Source: Bigelowiella natans CCMP2755 (lineage: Eukaryota > Protista > Cercozoa). From it: a stretch of 53,995 bases of DNA. The stretch lies in contig ADNK01000324.1 in the NCBI GenBank assembly GCA_000320545.1, positions 1 to 53,995 on the forward strand, given 5' to 3'. A model generated the notes under the pieces. That model searched no databases, was not told where the DNA came from, and saw only the letters and a list, made by a program, of their open reading frames with translations. The first letter of the stretch is position 1, and the number at the start of each line of letters is the position of its first letter. The position numbers and the translations under genes were made by a program. Below, one piece after another: positions 13,430 through 27,036 of the stretch.

Positions 13430-14225
13430 TCTTCTTTCTCACTCTATCTCTAATATACTAATATTTCTCCTCTAATGATGGCTACTCTCTAATATCCTAG
13501 TGTTTCTCCTGGTGTGTTCACTATGTTTTCATAAATGGCAGGAAGCTAATGGCTCATATCCCTATGCTGTACAATATGTCCGAGGATGCAATGCAGAAAC
13601 GTCGCTCTGGGCACCGAGAAGACTACAAGAGTGGATCTAGCTGCTTCTTTGACGTCGTTGAATTAAGCTCGGGCAAATTGATAGGAACATCTGGGTACAG
13701 AACATATAAACCTTCCGAAAGATGATGAATTCTGAGGCCGCTATGACATTTATAACTAACTTTTTCTCCTTGAGACAGCTGATAGAGTAAGCAGATGTTT
13801 TCCCGTATTTACCGATATAACCCTTACTTCAAATGCAAATTTGCTTCGTTTAAGACAGTGATGTATGATGTCAAGTCCTTTTTAATCCATCAAAGACGCC
13901 CACAAATACAAAAATTATTTCAATCAGATTTCGTTCCGTGGACCGTGAGCAATCCGAAGCAGAATGGGGTATCATAATAGCCACGAGATGCCAGCGAAAA
14001 GGATTGGCTGCTGAATGTCTATCGATGTGCAATAAGCATGCGAAAACGGTGCTCAAGGTGGGCAAGATCATCGCGAACACATCGGCAAAGAACGCACCTA
14101 TGATTGCATTTTTTAAAAAGCATGGATTTGAGACCTCCGGTGAATGGACGAAGGATAACAGCAGTGTTGATGGAAATGATGGTGAAAAAAGGGCAACATG
14201 GGTGAAATTCGAGTTGACACTGTAG
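13147..14225 (+). CDS. GNAT-family (RimJ/RimL-like) N-acetyltransferase, spliced
   Basis: Exon ~13540-13700 FFDVVELSSGKLIGTSGYR. Last exon AEWGIIIATRCQRKGLAAECL (acetyl-CoA motif QxxGxA) ... NAPMIAFFKKHGF. The 5' exon and start are less certain. Confidence 0.8.
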
Positions 14226-14792
14226 TTTTCCATCAATGATAGATGATAACTAACTTCGATTTATTTTAGATGTTGCAAGTTGATCGAAAACAAATGAGAG
14301 CTTATAGCCAATCATAGCGCCAACGCATGTGCAATGAGTGAATACGACGCAGAGTGGGTGCGAACGATTCACATTGGTCGACGAAGTGTCAGTTGACTGT
14401 ATGTGACGTTCTGATGACGTGCGTATGTCCATTGCAAACCACGCACCACGCTTCATTGCAGTGGCATCGCGTCGACTATAAACATCGATCATTGTCAGGC
14501 ATGCATGAAACAAATTATAATGTATGCATGAAATGTAGTGCACTCAAAGCTACACGTTGATATAGATGTCATGCGACGTGACATCGGTCTTACAAGTAGC
14601 CAGTAGAGTACTCATCATACTACATGCTAGCATGTACGGGTTCATGAGTAACACGCAGACATCATGAGCTGGTGCATGTTATCTAGAGATTAGATGTTGA
14701 AGAGCGTAACCAACACAATGTGTCTGCTTGTTGTAGCCAGTCTGAGACTGTGGACGTCAAATTATGCATGAGAGAATTCAATAATCGAGCTC

Positions 14793-15974
14793 TTAGTGTT
14801 CGCATAGGTCGTCATCATCGTCGTTTTCTGTCGCCTTGTAATCATCCAACAATCCCTCTGCTTCCGAACTATCCATGAAATTATCTTCCCCATCGCGCAA
14901 TTTTGTTGTGCCCTTCAATTGTAAAAAATACTCTCTCCCAGTCAGTGAGCCTAGTGTTCTTCTTGCCTTTGCATTCTGCCTTTTTTGCGCTGCCTCGGCA
15001 CCCACCTTGGCCTGATACCATTTCATAAACTCCAAACGAGTAATTGGCTTTTCCTCGATGGACATATCCCGAAAGAGAGAGCGCGTTCCCTCTACCGTAT
15101 TCCCTCCCTGTTTTCGCTTCTACCAAGAATTATGATAAATCAAAACAGTTATCCTTAATTTGCTGCAGTGGTATGTTTCGTAATGATATGTAGCAACGCT
15201 GTATTTACGTGGAGTTTTATGGATGTTGTGGCTTGATAGCCATGCCTGACACTTCTAGGAGAAGGGAACGATAGCAATGCTTTTCAATGTGGCGTGTATG
15301 GTTTGCGATTGTTCTAAAATGCGGAAACGCACTGCTTCTTAGAAGTAGCTGACCTCATCATCCACCGCTGTAGTTGTCCACAGAGTCTTTTTTAGTTTTT
15401 CAATGTCGTCTTTGAGCGACTGTGCATACATGTAATCTTCTCTCTCTATCGCCAGCTGCTTCTCTTTTTCTAATATCCCAATCTCTCTGCAATTTGCCGA
15501 GAATATATTCAGAAGAGGATAATAAAGAATCTTTTCCGTTTCATCATAAAATTTTGCAATATCAAATCTCTCATATGATATTTTTCTGTATGCCTCCTAC
15601 ACATTATTTTATGTACATTGATGATTCAGTGCTGCTCACTTAGAACTCAGAACAGCACCTTTAAGTTTCAACTCTAAAACCCCAATAACAACTACAAGTT
15701 TATGTGCAATGTCAACATTTTTTACACTGTTATTTTCTACCTTTCCAGCTTGAATTTTTGGCGGTGATCGGACGGATCATACAGTTTCTGCTGTTTGATG
15801 CTCGAGTCATGAGAATACCGGCACTTGGATCCTCTGAGACATAGATTAGCTTTGAATCGCTCGCAAAACACAGTCTTCGGGTCAACTCCAACAGGAATCT
15901 AACATAGAGTAGAGGTTATTAGTAGTGCACTTTTAACAGCCCTGTCTGTATTTAGGGGCCAAATCACATTTTCT

Positions 15975-16027
<53 letters not shown>

Positions 16028-16400
16028 TACTGGGGGCTGTTCCACATTTACAAGCTTTGCTAATTCCCTTCGTTTTTCATTTTTCAATTCCTGCTTGCTT
16101 TTTTGCTTCGGCTTCTGCTTCGATGCAATCTGCGTTTCAATAGGTAGCAAAATCAGGGGGTCCCGTGGTCCCTTCGACAACTTTCACAATAATGCACGAC
16201 AAATACGCTACTACTACTGCTACTACTGCTACTACTACCGCTTGCTGCTTCGCTAGCTGGATCTGTCGCTGGATTTTCTTCGACTTATTCTTGTTGCGCA
16301 TGCCGCAGAACTTGTCCTCAACGATTTCTGGTTTCTTCTTTCCAAGGAGCTTGGACCGATGAACCACTGCTGCCACCCTGTGAAACAGTAACCCTAGTGT
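14793..16400 (-). CDS. ZC3H15: ZC3H15/Tma46 (DFRP1)-like CCCH zinc-finger protein; start codon uncertain (may lie up to ~16700)
   Basis: IVEDKFCGMRNKNKSKKIQRQI matches the DFRP1 N-terminal EDKTFGLKNK motif. PVGVDPKTVFCERFKANLCLRGSKCRYSHD is a CCCH finger (~15805-15900). The C-terminal PITRLEFMKW...LTGREYF plus acidic tail is DFRP_C-like. Confidence 0.8.
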
Positions 16401-17102
16401 AGGAAGCCCTAGATGATTGTGCATGCGTCTTAATTAGCCTGTTTGTTTGTTTCTTCCCCTCTTATCCTCTCCCGTATTCTTTCACCCTCTTCTACTCTCC
16501 CACTTCTCTAGCTCTCTCTCTTTGATGCAGGCACATGCTTAGAAGGTTAAACCAAACAACTATATTCTTAATTCCGCATTTGTAGCCGACGTCCAATTAC
16601 CTAACGCTATCATGAGGGCAACGACGAAGAGGAGCATTTTCAGAAATGCCAGACCTCCACGGCGGCTGCGCATCCTGCCCTCCAACTCTTCGCTCATGGC
16701 CTCCACTGATCAAATCTCATGCGAAATATTGATTGAGAGATTAGAGAGCACATATCCAAAATATATTTCCAGAGGGGACACTCAGGAGTCGGGGGAGGGC
16801 ACGCACAACGCACGTGGGCCTCGCCTCCTCTCGCTCGGAACTGTGGAAAAAAGAAAGCAACAAATCGCGTTTTCTGGAGAGAGACAAAACCACTCGTTGT
16901 CGCTCTTTGAAATCCGCCAATTGAATTCCCGAATGATTCGCGATTCTCCCGGAAACACGCACGGAAATTTCGCCAGGTGGAGATTGGGTTACATTTCCTG
17001 TCTAAATATGAAGAAATGCGTTGTCGTAGATTAAAATAGGCTCCTGGAACTTTGATCCCCCCCGGGCGGAGCTTTGGTGGCCGCTCATATTTCGAACCTA
17101 CC

Positions 17103-17581
17103 ATGTCTAACATGCCTCCCCAGTGGCTGGGGCTACTCAAGTGGTCTCTCAAGTACAACGATGGGACGAAGAACACAGATGAGGTATGTGTTCTTAGCTA
17201 CTTTGTGCGATGATCAGCGACTGACGTTTATTTTGTGCTGTGTAGGTGCGGCCGATGGCTAACGAAGATAAAAAGTTTCTGGAGAATGTAAGTTCTGAAT
17301 GAATTGGAAGATGTGAGCATGAACCACGCCATAACCTTCCACGGCGCGCGATATAGGTGATGAAGAATCTGGTCGTAGATGAGAATGAGAAGATGCGGGT
17401 CGCGATTACGGCGCTGAAGCTCACTGACCCGAACGACAACACAGCTACCTCTGGAGATGCGAAAGGCAAAGCTGATCCAAAAGAAGACGATCCATTAAGG
17501 TTGCTTTGTACACACACGGACGTGCGCAGGCAAGCACGCAAGCGCACACGCTATAAGAACACAGCCTACACATCACACACG

Positions 17582-17623
<42 letters not shown>

Positions 17624-19601
17624 GCGCATGCATACACATACAGCGAATTAGAGGCTTTGGATAAAGAGGAGAGTGAGAAGGGGGAAATTGTTCGCAAAAA
17701 GGAGGAAACTCTCGAGGTATATATATTTTAGAAGTAATAAAACCGATTAGTGGCCTTGATAAACTACTCACTCGAAAATAAACAGCTCGCTAATTTTGTC
17801 TGAACTATGCTCTGTGCCAGCTTCTGGATGATCTAGTTCTGAATGGAGATAATGCGAAGAACTATGTCAATATGGGCGGTAATGTATAACTTAAGCATTA
17901 AGTATTAAATTCATTATCAACATAGAGTAAGAGAAAAGTGGGGGGGGGGGGGGGGGAAGAAGAAAATTGTGGTATCATGAATTATAAACTATGAGTCGGC
18001 GAATGCTCCCTCAATACAAGACGCTCTCACTCAACGATGCCTCATCAACTCAACTGCAATATCACATTTAGGCCTTCCTCCGCTGTTAGAAATTGTTCAG
18101 TCTAAGCACGATTCGTTAGTCAAGCTCGCTTGCCAGGTGGACACCTCCATTAAAAGAAGAAACAAATATAAGCTTATTTGTATAAGAACACGTTCCCTAA
18201 TACGCTCCCCTTCCCCCCCTCCAGCTCATCGCAAGCATCTCCCAGAACAACCCGAAGGTGCAGGTTGAGTTCCTGAAAGCACAAGGCCTGAAGGTATAAA
18301 GAACGGTGCCGTTTGTGATATTGCTTGGTGGTCATTGTCATCCCAATCCCAACATCTCTATCGAGATAAGCTCTCCACTTCCTCAGCTGAAATATTGCCC
18401 CATGACGCCGGTTCTGCGAAAGAGTCGCATACTAAATAATCGATGCGTCCGTTATCACTGCTCATTTTCACAACATGAAAGATTGTTATTCTTGTGTGCG
18501 TGGCCCTCAACTCATCGTAGGTTTTGCTCCAGCTATTCCGTGACCCGAGGACAAGTGGCGACGTGCTCGGCAAGGCTCTCGGTGCTGTTTCCGCTGTAGT
18601 AAGGTAGGACTTACATGGGCAGCAGTGTGTAGTGTTAGCAAAGGAGTCGTTTTAAGTCATCAGCGCTGTTCGGTCGGCGCATCCTTCCACCAATCCCTTA
18701 CACTACAAATGCATATGTTTTTGTGTCGGCAGGCATTGCAAGCCGGGTGAAGAGGCTTTCAAAAAAGCACAGGGGTAAGTAACCGCGAATGGTGCTAGTT
18801 TTGTGACGAAGCTGCGCTGTAGCTGCTGCTGCTTTGCTGTGAACCATATGTGTTCTTTTGGGTCTTCCGGTTCTAGGATACCGTGGCTTTTGAAGTCTCT
18901 TGACGATCCCAAAAGAAAAGTGCCGGCTCGTGTCGTTAAGAAAGGACTCGCTCTCATCAGGCATTTCCTGGATATTGAAGAAGATAGCAAGGTTGGTATC
19001 CCTTTCCAGACAGTCTTTGTTCTCATCGTCTTGTTAATAATAACATTAACATGGGTTTTTACATAATCGCCATAGAGCATGAAAACCCTCCTTGTAGCTT
19101 TGGGTGCCCCGCGTGTGATCATGTCCTATCACTCACACAACGATATAGACGTTCGTGAAAAGGTGCGTAGGGAAAAGTCGAAGAAAGAGGAATCGAGGAA
19201 GAGGAAGGGGGGCGAAGAGGGGGGAAAACGAAGGGGGAGCATCACATTTTTTGAACACGTGATGACACCACATCGGCATATTTTTTCACAGGCGCTCGAG
19301 TTGATAGTGGAGATAGCTACAGGCACAGATGAGGCCTCGTCAAAAGCAAAGACAGCGTTAAAAGCTGTGGATTTTGGAAAGAAAGTCGAGACGCGCATGA
19401 AGGTAATTGCATTGTAATTTTATGAGCCTTTTCATGCCCCCCTAGCGATATGTAGTGATGCGTTGTGATGATGAGATGTTTTCGTATTGAAACATGAAGG
19501 AGGTAATAGGGCTCATCCGTGAAGGAGATAAGGAGGATGAGGAAATGTATTCAGTCGAGATGGAATATCTGAAGCAATTAGATTCTCTTAACTTGGCATA
19601 G
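17103..19601 (+). CDS. HSPBP1: Hsp70 nucleotide exchange factor HSPBP1/Fes1 (armadillo-like), multi-exon
   Basis: MSNMPPQWLGLLKWSLKYNDGT..|VRPMANEDKKFLEN|VMKNLVVDENEKMR is the Fes1 N-terminal signature. Later exons: NAKNYVNMG, IASISQNNPKVQVEFL, KALGAVSAVV. Stop TAG at 19599-19601. Confidence 0.88.
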
Positions 19602-19659
19602 AAGTCACATACTCGCTGCGCCAGTACGTCTCAGTGCAAATTGCAACTAACGGCGTCAA

Positions 19660-20150
19660 CCTGAAGTAGTGAGCTGCTGCTCATCTAGATGTTGCGCTTG
19701 GTGTTCATGTTTGAATGCTTTAGCGGTGTGTCGCATCAAGCTAAGAGGCATTTTGCGTCGTGCAGGTCCTTGTGCATCAGTGGTATATGCTAGTATGTTG
19801 CATGCGTGGCATGCATCGCTGTCAATGATCTGCTCTAGCTAGCTAGCTAGCTAGCTACTACTAGGCTAGTAGGGCTTCTAAGCTAGATAGGGGGGCATGC
19901 AGGCGCGAAACATGTTCCTCCACGTACACATCAGATGATCAGATGCATGTGTCCAGATGACACCAGTTAGCTAGATGTGCGCATGAGCATGCAAATTTGA
20001 AATGTGGAATGCATCATGTGCATCGCTTTGCTCATGCAATGGCTGTACATTGTTGTTGTGCAACCAACGTTCAAGGAAAAAAAATGACTTCTTCATCAGC
20101 GCACTAGCGCAGGGCGTAAGGAAGATGCAGATCATGCGATCGTTTGAATT
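19660..20150. other. partially TpA-depleted intergenic domain with a (CTAG)n array
   Basis: TGCA/CATG-rich, with ctagctagctagctagctag at ~19845-19865. A few non-CTA/TAG TpAs remain. Lies between convergent 3' ends. Confidence 0.6.
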
Positions 20151-20223
20151 TTTTGCTTGATCATAATGTGCTACGTTCTCTTTTCATCTTTTGTAGAGAA
20201 AAAAAAAGAGAGCGGAAGAGAGA

Positions 20224-20267
<44 letters not shown>

Positions 20268-20450
20268 CCTACACTGTTTTTTCATTGTGATGATATCCCG
20301 ACCATTATCATCATCCATTCGGCTCTTTGTACTATGTTGCCCTACGCTAAATTCCTCGTTGCTCGTGCATAGCAACTTGTGTCTTCAACTTTCGTATTAC
20401 TCTATCTTCTATACCGAACTCTTCCCCGTTCTCCTCTAGGCATCTTCCGA

Positions 20451-22295
20451 CTACTTGGAGAAGTAGTTTAACAAGGATAACGCTATGAAGATGTACAGCG
20501 ACCAAGGGTGCTCCTTCGACGCTTTCGCCTTCTCCTTTTCAATTGATGCGATAGCATCGTCGCGTCGTTTCCGATCGAGTGCAGCCTTCTTCGCCTGCGC
20601 CTAAATATCGACAAATATATGGGAAGGGAGGGGGGGGGGGGGGGATGCGTTATGGCAGGTATATGTCTCTGCGTGTCTGTGCACCACTGAGCTCCTTCGG
20701 GCTTTCTAGTGATCATAAGTAAAGCCGCTTATCATGATGTGTGGATGGAAATGATGCTGCTGATGCTGCTGATTCTGCTGATGCTGCCCTCTTTCCCAGG
20801 AGGAGGAGTGCGATGCGATTGATCTTAGCGAACAACTGCTATATCGCAGCTGCTGCTTGCTGCCACAACCGCATTTGGGACACTTCTTTTGTTATGTAAA
20901 CAAACACTGCTTCTCCTTTCATTTTCCATACGGCGCAACAACTACTACTACTTGCTACAACTAGCTATTACCGGAAGGCCGGAGAGAGCGTCGTCGAGGA
21001 GTTTTTTCTCCTTCGTTTCTTCCTGGGTAGCTTCCGGTAGTGCTCCCGTCGCAGCCGCTGCTTGCGCCCCTCTCTTCTGCTGCACGAGTACTCGCGCAAG
21101 CACCTTGACGATAGTCCCGAGAGTTTCCTCCTGGATGGACAAATTAAAGGGTTACATTCGGAGAATCGAGGAATAGGCTCGTGGAGTTCTGTTTTGCGTG
21201 CGCACTCATCCACTAGCGTCGAAGAAAAACAAATAATGGATGCCGCCTGGCTCTGGTCCCCCCCCCCCCTGGTCTCGTCTCTGCGACCGACCGACACGCG
21301 GGCCGTTAGCCGTTTACGATACGCTGCACATGCCGTCGTGAAAACACGCTGTGTTTCTCTCCCCCACCGACCTGCTTGTCGAGTTGCTTCTTGAGCTCGG
21401 AAAGGAGCAGCAGCTGCTGGATCTCCATGTCCATAAATGTCATATTAGCGTACATTATCGCTCCCTGCAGCATGTAGTGGTAGACGTTCTTAAGGCACTC
21501 GACCTGAAAGTACAGACGGCGTGGCAACGTGGGGGGGGGGGGGAGGGAGAGGGAGAGGGAGAGGGAGAGAGAGGAGAATAATAACAGTGACGATGAGGAG
21601 GATGGATAGATGCTACGCGACGGGCGCTTCGACTGAAATGGCAGATTTCAACAGCACATCAAACGAGATGGCAAAAAACCCCAGAGGGGGGGACGATACT
21701 TCAGCGCTACTCCGCCAGTTTGTTCTTCATAGCGACGGTGAGAACGGGCAAGCACAGCTTGCTTTTCAGGAAAAAAAAAAAAAAAAAAAAAAAAAAAACA
21801 AGAAACACGGTTCGAATGATCTTTCGGAAAAGCAAGTATGATTCTCGTTGCTCTGCGACACGGCTCTTTCATTTCGCCGCGTCGCAGGACGGTGAATCCT
21901 CGGTGCGCTATCTATCCGCTCTTTCGCACTACCTGCTGATATATCGTGAGCGGTAAGTAGGGCAGCGCGTCGTGATACGTCTTCGTGTACCACTCGATGA
22001 TGGAGAGGCCGAACAACATGACGAATGCGTAAGGACGGGCTGCGTTGCTCTTTTTCCTGAGCGTATAATGCAATTGATTAACGAATATAACGATTGTTTT
22101 GATTAGAGGTCCTCAGCAGCATAATCATCGTCATCATCATCATCGACTTCAGTGTCATCCATCATCACATCGTCATTATACCACCATACTCGTAGCGACA
22201 CTATCTAACCCTTCGTTATCATCGCCGTCATCATGCAACCAGAAAGAACAGCAACGGCGACGATTAGCGTCGACGCACCCTCGTGTACTTAGAGA

Positions 22296-22340
<45 letters not shown>

Positions 22341-22606
22341 CGGGAGAGGGAGAGATTTTTTTTTTGGGGTCATCATTTTCGAGTTTCTCACGAGATTGTC
22401 AGGGCGTAAGCGACGAGGGCCGAGATGAAGTAAAACGGCGCGTGGTACATCAAAAGGCGCTCATACGACAAATCAACGCTCTTACTCCGGGGACTGATTT
22501 CGATGCAGAAAGAGAAAGTAAGAAACCGTACGAGCGGCCACAACACACACACACACACACACGCACACGCACACGCACACGCACACGCACACGCACATAT
22601 TAAATA

Positions 22607-22650
<44 letters not shown>

Positions 22651-23559
22651 AATGTATATATCAATATCTATATGAGATATATCAGTATTTCGCTTGTTGT
22701 TGTAATTCGAGTCATGATTCCGTCCTTTGCCTCCCCGCCCCCAGACCTTATTCTTGCATTGATCATGTATTCTTGTCCGTAGGCGTCGTAGGTTTCCCGG
22801 AGGTCCTTGTGCGTGAGAATATCGTACACTGATGATGAACGAACACCGAAAAACAAGCATTAAACTCACAAACACCCCCAACCAATAACGCCTCCCCCCC
22901 ATCCGTATCTTGCTGCAAGCACAAGCAGAATTTGCAGCACGATGAAGAAGCACGTGGCGAAAAGGTGAGAGGACAACAGCCGTGAGAACAACAATGATTT
23001 ATTCTCGCTTCTCCTTTGGCTTCCCTCCCAGCACCCCCCCCAGGCCACCACCTTCTTGCATGAGAATGAAGTTTTCTGCTGCTTCAGGGTCGTTGGGGTT
23101 CTTGTCCGGGTGCAATTTCTTTGAAAGGCTGATGCACGAGAAAGAGGAGAAGGAGGAGGAAAATGAAGGGGGGGGAGGGGGTTAGTAATGAGGACTCGAA
23201 AAGGATCAAACGTAAGGTTTTGCAGACCCTGAGCACTATATCGAGTGAGATGAAACTAGACAAGAATGACAGGTCGGGAATACCAAACATCACATTTTAC
23301 ACAATTTACAAACACATATCCCTTACGTCTTGTATGCGCTCTTGAGCTGGCGGTTATCTGCGGAAGGGTCGACGCCCAGAATATCGTAATAACTAGGATC
23401 CATCATCGCGATGTCGTAGCCAACCATGCACGCCACGACAGCGAAGAAGAACGCTATGGTCATGTAGCGGCGTGTCTGCAATTTTACATCCTTTTGCCCC
23501 GCGATGTAGCCCGCGCCGACCTGCACCACCAGAATGAAGAGGATAATGGAAGCCGCCAT
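20451..23559 (-). CDS. membrane-anchored DnaJ (J-domain) protein, multi-exon
   Basis: Two N-terminal hydrophobic segments, then SYYDILGVDPSADNRQLKSAYK|LSKKLHPDKNPNDPEAAENFILMQE|VYDILTHKDLRETYDAYG (HPD motif), further TM segments and a C-terminal hydrophobic tail PWSLYIFIALSLLNYFSK*. Confidence 0.85.
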
Positions 23560-24279
23560 CGAAAGAAACTCTCTCCGCGCTTATCTGGAGAAAGTCAAAG
23601 AGCACATGTCAGGAGTTAGGTAATTCTGTTGTGAGATCAGTGGCGCACAAGAACGACAATATGAGTGAAAGTTTGTTTGAGGCAGAGAGAAAGACCAAGT
23701 CAGCCCCACATCCCGACTCGATCATTTTTTTGCCGGCATGCATTGGCAAAATTTCTTGGTGTCATCTTATTCAATTTCACAAACTATATCATGCTTGTGC
23801 GTTAAAGCGAATCCCTAATAAAAGCTTCATAGGGATTGGAAAGGAAGGATCTCTCGCATTTCGGAAGCGCGCGCACTTGCGCCCTCTTTCCTATAACGCG
23901 AAAGGTCACTAGGACACATATGATCCGTATCCCCCTCTACGATTCTACATCTATCGTTCGATTCATTAAAACCACCTTCGGTTTTGGATGAAGGGTAGAA
24001 ATCTAAGGATGTTGAGGCGGGGACGATGTGAGGCAGGGGGGGTATGAGGCGCAAGCTGAGCTGGACTAATCGTTAGAATTCACAAAATCCGAATGGATTT
24101 TTATGTCGTAGGATAATAAATCGCTTCATTTTCAGATATAACTGCCGCCTGCTCAAAGAAATCTTCCCCATGGTACGAAACGAAGGTAGAATCGCCTACA
24201 TTTGGGGCCAATATCTGGAGAACATTAAATTACCGATTTTCGGCGATTTTCGAGGTAGAAGTTGAAAGTCTATTACATG

Positions 24280-24645
24280 TATTCAAATTCAAATAGATTA
24301 TTTATTCAAATAATAAATATAGATCTATAAATAGATCTAGATCTAGATCTAGATCTATTCAAATAGATCTACGAGTATTTTAGATCTGCAGAATACGTTA
24401 GATCTAGATCATAATATTATTAATAAATACATGTGTAGATCTAGATCTAGTCTAGGAAATGGATATTTTAATATTTTAGCGCCTATCACTGTACTCGTAC
24501 GACTCGTAGATCTATTATAGGCGCTAAAATATTAAAATATCCATTATATTATTAATAATATTAGATCTAGATCTATGATCTAGATCTATTCTGCAGATCT
24601 AAAATATTCAAATATTCAAATATTCAAATATTCAAATGTTCAAAG
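24280..24645. repeat. AT-rich nested inverted repeat (foldback-like) built from TAGATC and TATTCAAA units
   Basis: Perfect 29-bp inverted repeat at 24458-24486 / 24517-24545 with a 30-nt loop. Outer arms TATTTTAGATCTGCAGAAT (24376-24394) and its reverse complement (~24588-24606). Tandem TATTCAAA at ~24606-24640. Confidence 0.85.
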
Positions 24646-24655
24646 TTCATCTATC

Positions 24656-27036
24656 ATGAGTGCTCTGTTGCTCCTCGCACTGGCGTCCCTGCACCTCCAG
24701 GCAAATGCACGCGTCGATTCCCAAAAGAGAAGCTCTGCGATGCTCGATCTTTCATCTGAGTCATCGCATCTTCCTGTCGTGAACCACAGTCTTCATCACT
24801 CGCGGAAGGGCTCTCGCAACCACAACCATTACATTCAAAGAAAGGGTCATTCAAATATGACCGTCTACGGGCAACCGCCGCCTATTGTGCATGGGGATAG
24901 CATTTGTACTGAGCTGACAGTCAACATCGGAGGAATTTTTAGCGTCGTTGCTTCGATGGGTCTCGAGGTCAAATACGGTGGAGTTAAAGATGGCCAAAAT
25001 CAATACGCCATCTCAGGATTTGGCGGCCTGGAATTGAAAGTTGGTGCTTCTATTCTATCGATCTCACTAGCAATGAGGGGAGACGTTGAGATGGAGTTCC
25101 TTGGGCCTAAAAATCTCAATAGTCCCGCCGCTGTCGCTGCTTGGGCTCTCCGGAAGTATGCTTACAATCATTTACAGGATACCGGATTAATAAAAGTGCT
25201 CGCTTTAGCAAATTCAACGGCAGATGATCTGAATAATCTCGAAAATCATGTCACAGCAGCTTCTACAGGCGACACTTATAATCCTCGACTCTTACAGAGA
25301 GCCTTCAAATCTCTGTATGTGCAGTTCGCGTACAACGTTATATTCGCCTTTGGGTCTAAACACAAAACAAACCTTTACAATCCGTTGCACGACGCATTCG
25401 AAAAAGCTAAGAAAAACAGTACACTCGCAAATAAGGAAATGATCTATATTGAAGCTATGGAAAGAATTTGGAGCGGGGTCTACTTGGGAGTAGACAGAGT
25501 CGGTGACTCCGATGCCAATTTTGTCATGGATAAATTTTCCTGCAAGGATGTGAGTGTGAACATGAAAAACAATCAGTTTGTTCACCCTACAACAGACAAA
25601 ATGGACCAAGACCACTATCTACAAGCCGCAAAACGCGTTTGCATACTATTCAAGTCGCCGATAGTTCTTGGAGCTGATAGGAGCACCAAATTTCGCGATA
25701 CAAATAAAGAGAACGAAAATATAAAGTTAAACTTGATACGGTTTTTCCCAGAGTTGTTCCCTCCTGCATCACTGAGCGACGAAGACAAAGCATCATGGTT
25801 ATCGTTATCTGATCAATAGCACTAACGCAGTTTTTCCTAATGTTACTTTTGAAGTTGATTTGGTTTCTTTAATTTCGCTGCAGTGCTAACAACAAGCATA
25901 TGCTCTGCTCTTCTGATAGGTATGAAGGTACGTATGTAGGCTATTTCAACCAGGGGAAATTTACAGAAACTGTACAACGAGAAGCTCTTTACCAAAAACT
26001 TAAGAAAGAAAATAAGGTTAAAATGGACGGCGCCAACTGGAAGGGAGTAGTACCCATGAGCTATGGAATGGGCGTTGCAATGAGTCAATCTTTAAGCGAA
26101 TTGGACAAACCAACAAAACCAAATACAAACCTGTACTGGGTCATCGTCCATGGAATGATGGCACTTACTCCATCAAGAATGAAAGAGGCCTTCAACTCCA
26201 AGCTCACAGCTGATGCAGGTTGCACTGGGAAATGCACATGTAGGCTCGACAAGGTCACCCTAAAAGTTGAATTCGGCGTCTCCATTGGCGGTGGAAGCCC
26301 AGTCTGCTCTGCAGACAACCCTCTACTTCTCTCAGCTGGATATGCAAGAGAGGCCACCACTGACACTTCCACATGCGAACTAGGTGAGTTTCAGCAAGGG
26401 TCATGGACTTACGCACTTGCAATAAACCCTATCGACGCGCTCTCCTTCAAGGGTGAATTTCCTGCAGACGGCTCCGGATGGAAAATAAGTACAGCGATTC
26501 TTGGACCCAAACCAACAGTCCCACCTGGAACATGGGCTGCAGTGGAGAAGGCTGGCCAAGCTGCCCTTATTGATCTCGGAAAGGCACTCACAAAGAGCGC
26601 TATGAGTTTAGGAGAACTTGCAATGAAGAAAGAGCTCACCCTCGAATCTTCAGGACCAATTCTAAATGCATTCTTTGCAGACGTTGAGAGTGGCGTCAAA
26701 AAAGCGGCAAAGTCGGGAGGAAAAGGAATGCTTGCATATCTAACAGGAGCAGGAGGAGGCGAGTCGGGAATCTTCATTGGTTTAGCTGGAAAACTTGGAA
26801 ATCTAGTCGGAAAGGTCTCCCCTGTTACTTTTGAAACTAGTAACTTGATCGGTCTTGAAATCGAAATTTCCAAGGAAGGCGACGACCCAGTCACCATTAC
26901 CTTTAATTACCTAACGAGTAAAGAACTAAAATTTGGTACAGCCCCCATTCCCGTCGGTCCTGGCGTCGCCGTCGGGGTCAAAGGATTTGGAGCTTCAGAG
27001 ACTTCGCAGAAACTTTATGAGACTAGTTTCAGCTAA
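24656..27036 (+). CDS. orphan secreted protein, ~764 aa, two exons (GT-AG intron 25798-25883)
   Basis: Signal peptide MSALLLLALASLHLQANA. The 387-aa and 378-aa ORFs join in frame through a phase-2 86-nt intron (TG|gttatc...ctgcag|T GCT AAC). Gly-rich alternating beta-strand segments. No family recognised. Confidence 0.8.

Noticed and set aside
24280-24645. CRISPR-like array
   Set aside because: No constant repeat with unique spacers; it is palindromic low-complexity DNA in a eukaryotic context with no cas genes.
25800-25900. Two separate genes, or stop readthrough, for ORFs 24656-25819 and 25900-27036
   Set aside because: A canonical in-frame GT-AG intron with a pyrimidine tract explains the gap.
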